A program made the translations under genes and the position numbers. Below the pieces are notes generated by a model. It was given only the letters and a program-made list of their open reading frames with translations, was not told the origin of the DNA and did no database searches. This document shows positions 60,491-64,000 of a stretch of 64,000 nt of DNA, in pieces; the stretch's first letter is position 1; each line of letters begins with the position of its first letter. The stretch is from Rhizodiscina lignyota (Eukaryota). Location: positions 1,426,001 through 1,490,000 of the forward strand of contig ML978124.1 of assembly GCA_010015805.1 (NCBI GenBank), in the 5' to 3' direction.

Positions 60491-63400
60491 ATGGCAAGAC
60501 CTCCGCCTGGTAATAATGAAGATTTGTTGTTGGATTTAGACGATGGACGACCATATTACTCTTCCGGGCAGCGACCCGTTGAGACCGATGAGGAGCTCAT
60601 GCGCCGATACAGTACGGAAAACACACAACAGCCCCGACCTTCAATATCATACGATGACTTTGTTGGAGGGGGCACATCGAGAGCTGCGCTGCCTGGAGGG
60701 CCTGGTGCGCCTCCGGCAGGACACTCGCAAGCACCTTACATGACGAGTGGCGATAATCTCTACTCACAAACCTCTGAGCTCCACAACTACCAACGATACA
60801 CAGACGCGGATGAGTTTGAGCAGGATGACAGGTCCATGCAAGGCTACTACGCGACAGGAGGCGTAGATGATCACCTGTCACCTGTGGCACATGGAGCGAA
60901 GCCGAAGAACAGGAATAGTATCATGAGCATGGGTGGAGGTTTTACAGGCAGGCTGAAACACATGCTTGGGAGGGGGCCTCAGTACTCGGAGATGGATCTG
61001 CCACTGACAGAACAGGGTGGTGGACATACTCTAAGGACGGAGTCTTCGGGTACGGATGACCAGCTGAAAGCGCCGAAACGACGAAGCGGCGGATTCAAGT
61101 TTGGCTTCTGGAATGACAAGCGGGATCCATCGACATTGGGACCAAGGATCATCCACCTTAACAACCCTCCAGCAAATGCTACAAGCAAATTCAAGAACAA
61201 CTCCATCTCGACCACGAAATACAACATCGTCACCTTCGTCCCGAAATTCCTTTTCGAGCAGTTCTCAAAATATGCCAACATTTTCTTCTTGTTCACTGCG
61301 ATCCTGCAGCAGATTCCCGGTATTTCTCCTACACAAAAATACACGACGATTGTGCCTTTGGGTGTTGTCCTCTTGGTATCTGCCATTAAGGAAGCTGTGG
61401 AAGACAATCGCAGAAGATCGCAAGATGCTGTGCTCAATGGGTCAAAAGCACGGGTGTTGAGAGGCTCAACATTCCAGGAGACGAAGTGGATTAAAGTTTC
61501 AGTCGGTGACATCGTTCGTGTGGAATCAGAGGAACCTTTCCCAGCGGATCTGGTGCTCCTGGCTAGCTCAGAGCCAGAGGGCCTGTGCTATATCGAAACT
61601 GCGAATCTCGATGGCGAAACGAACCTCAAAATCAAGCAAGCGATTCCTGAGACCGCCAATCTTGTGAGTCCGAGTGAACTTAGCAGATTGGGTGGCAGGA
61701 TAAGATCGGAGCAACCGAACAGCAGCCTCTACACATATGAGGCAACTCTAACGATGCAGGCCGGTGGCGGCGAGAAGGAACTTCCCCTCAACCCTGAGCA
61801 GTTGCTCCTCAGAGGAGCAACGCTACGCAATACTCCTTGGGTACACGGAGTCGTCGTATTCACAGGTCACGAGACAAAGCTCATGCGCAACGCAAGTGCA
61901 ACTCCTATCAAAACGACCGCTGTCGACAAGATGGTCAATATTCAGATCTTGCTACTTGTCGGAATCCTTCTCATTCTCTGTGTCATCAGCTCCATTGGTG
62001 ATTTGATCATCAAGGCCACGACCGGCAACAAACTGCAATACTTGGACCTTGGATCGCAGAGCGCGGGCCAACGAGTCAAGGGGTTCTTTTCTGATATCCT
62101 TACATACTGGGTGCTATATTCAAACTTGATCCCTCTCAGTTTGTTCGTGACTCTGGAAATTGTCAAGTATGCGCAAGCGTTTATGATTAACACAGATTTG
62201 GACATTTATTACGATCCAACAGACACGCCCGCCAACTGTCGAACATCATCTCTCGTTGAAGAATTGGGTCAGGTCGAGTACATTTTCTCCGACAAAACTG
62301 GGACATTGACTTGCAACATGATGGAATTCAAACAATGCTCCATCGCTGGACTGCAATACGCTGACGAGGTTCCCGAGGACCGAAGAGCTACGGTACAAGA
62401 CGGCGTGGAGCTGGGGATACATGACTTTAAGCGGCTGAAAGAGAACACTCAGAATCATCCGACAAGGGAGATCATCGAACAATTCCTTACGCTGTTGAGT
62501 GTTTGCCACACCGTTATTCCAGAGCGAAATGAGAAATCATCAAAGATCAAGTACCAGGCCGCATCGCCAGATGAAGGCGCTCTTGTCGAAGGTGCTGTTA
62601 TGCTCGATTACCGATTCATCGCCAGGAAACCTCGCTCTGTTACCATTGACGTACTTGGCCAGCAGTTCGAGTTTGAGCTACTTGCGGTCAACGAGTTCAA
62701 CTCAACCCGCAAGCGCATGTCGACTATTTTCCGATGCCCTGATGGCAAGATTCGGTGTTACTGCAAAGGTGCCGACACTGTTATCCTGGAGCGTCTGCAC
62801 AAGGACAATCCATATGTCGAGACGACGCTGCAGCATCTTGAAGAATATGCAGCAGAAGGTCTGAGGACACTGTGTCTTGCAATGAGGGAAGTCCCGGAGC
62901 AAGAGTTCCAGGAGTGGTTCCAGGTTTTCAATCAAGCCGCAACGACTGTTAGTGGCAACAGAGCGGAAGAGCTCGATAAAGCTGCTGAGATCATCGAGCA
63001 TGACCTCACTCTTCTCGGTGCAACGGCCATTGAAGACAAACTTCAAGATGGTGTGCCGGATACCATCCACACTCTTCAGACTGCTGGCATCAAAGTCTGG
63101 GTGTTGACGGGCGACCGGCAAGAGACTGCTATCAACATTGGCATGTCTTGCAAATTAATAAGTGAAGATATGACTCTGCTTATCGTGAACGAGGACAATG
63201 CGGCTGGAACAAGGGATAACCTCACGAAGAAACTTAACGCGATCCAAGGCCAAGCAACTGGCGGCATCGAGATGGAGACCCTTGCGCTCGTTATTGATGG
63301 GAAGAGCTTGACTTATGCGCTTGAGGCAGATCTGGAGAAGATGTTCCTTGATCTGGCAGTGATGTGCAAGGCCGTGATATGCTGGTACGTGTTCACTTGG

Positions 63401-64000
63401 TCAGTTTCAAAAACAATTGCTAATGAATTGCAGTCGTGTATCACCACTTCAGAAAGCACTGGTCGTCAAGCTTGTCAAGCGCCATCTCAAAGCAATCCTC
63501 CTCGCCATCGGAGACGGTGCCAACGACGTCTCCATGATCCAAGCCGCGCACGTTGGTATCGGTATTTCTGGTGTGGAAGGTCTTCAAGCAGCTCGAAGCG
63601 CAGATGTCGCCATTGCGCAATTTAGATATTTGAGGAAACTTTTGCTCGTGCATGGTGCTTGGAGCTACAGGCGCGTTAGCATAACGATCTTGTACAGCTT
63701 TTACAAGAACGTTGTGCTTTTCATGACACAATTCTGGGTAAGTCAATCCTACGACCGGCATCGCCATAATGACTAACAGCTCGTCCTTCACATAGTATGC
63801 CTTTCAAAATGGCTTTTCCGGTCAAGTCATCTACGAATCCTGGACATTGTCTTTCTACAATATCCTCTTCACCTCACTCCCACCTTTCGTCCTTGGTATT
63901 TTCGATCAATTTATCTCCGCTCGACTGCTGGACCGCTATCCACAGCTCTACCAGCTCAGTCAATCTGGCGTCTTCTTCAGGATGCATAGCTTTTTGTCAT
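60491..64000 (+). CDS. DRS2: P4-type ATPase phospholipid flippase, 3' end beyond the window
   Basis: [42 protein letters not shown] motif of the Drs2 clade. Confidence 0.95.

Overview
Gene-dense, intron-containing window (GT-AG introns with CTRAY branch sites) from a filamentous ascomycete (Pezizomycotina). I can support about 30 protein-coding loci; I found no tRNA, rRNA, CRISPR or recognisable transposon. Core genes (RAD52, HEM2, GH47 mannosidase, NOP15, SMN, SERF, a short RecQ, MRPL9, MRPL17, DRS2) alternate with accessory blocks. The best candidate for an undescribed system is a six-gene block at 1371-11676, arranged as three head-to-head pairs: LigI/COG3618-like amidohydrolase with a JEN1-like carboxylate transporter, PIG3-like reductase with a class II aldolase-fold protein, and a Zn2Cys6 TF with a DUF1932 dehydrogenase. 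Each of its three bidirectional promoters carries a near-identical CGG-N11-CCG site, which suggests a co-regulated catabolic cluster of unknown substrate. Other points: a HET gene convergent with a ~2126-aa HeLo-like/NACHT/ankyrin NLR, with a decayed glyoxalase (VOC) gene between them; a 4-exon SERF micro-gene absent from the ORF track, 2.7 kb from SMN; a secreted cupredoxin-like protein lacking three of four copper ligands; and frameshifted O-methyltransferase and HET genes. All family calls come from manual motif recognition, not database searches, and exon boundaries were inferred by hand.
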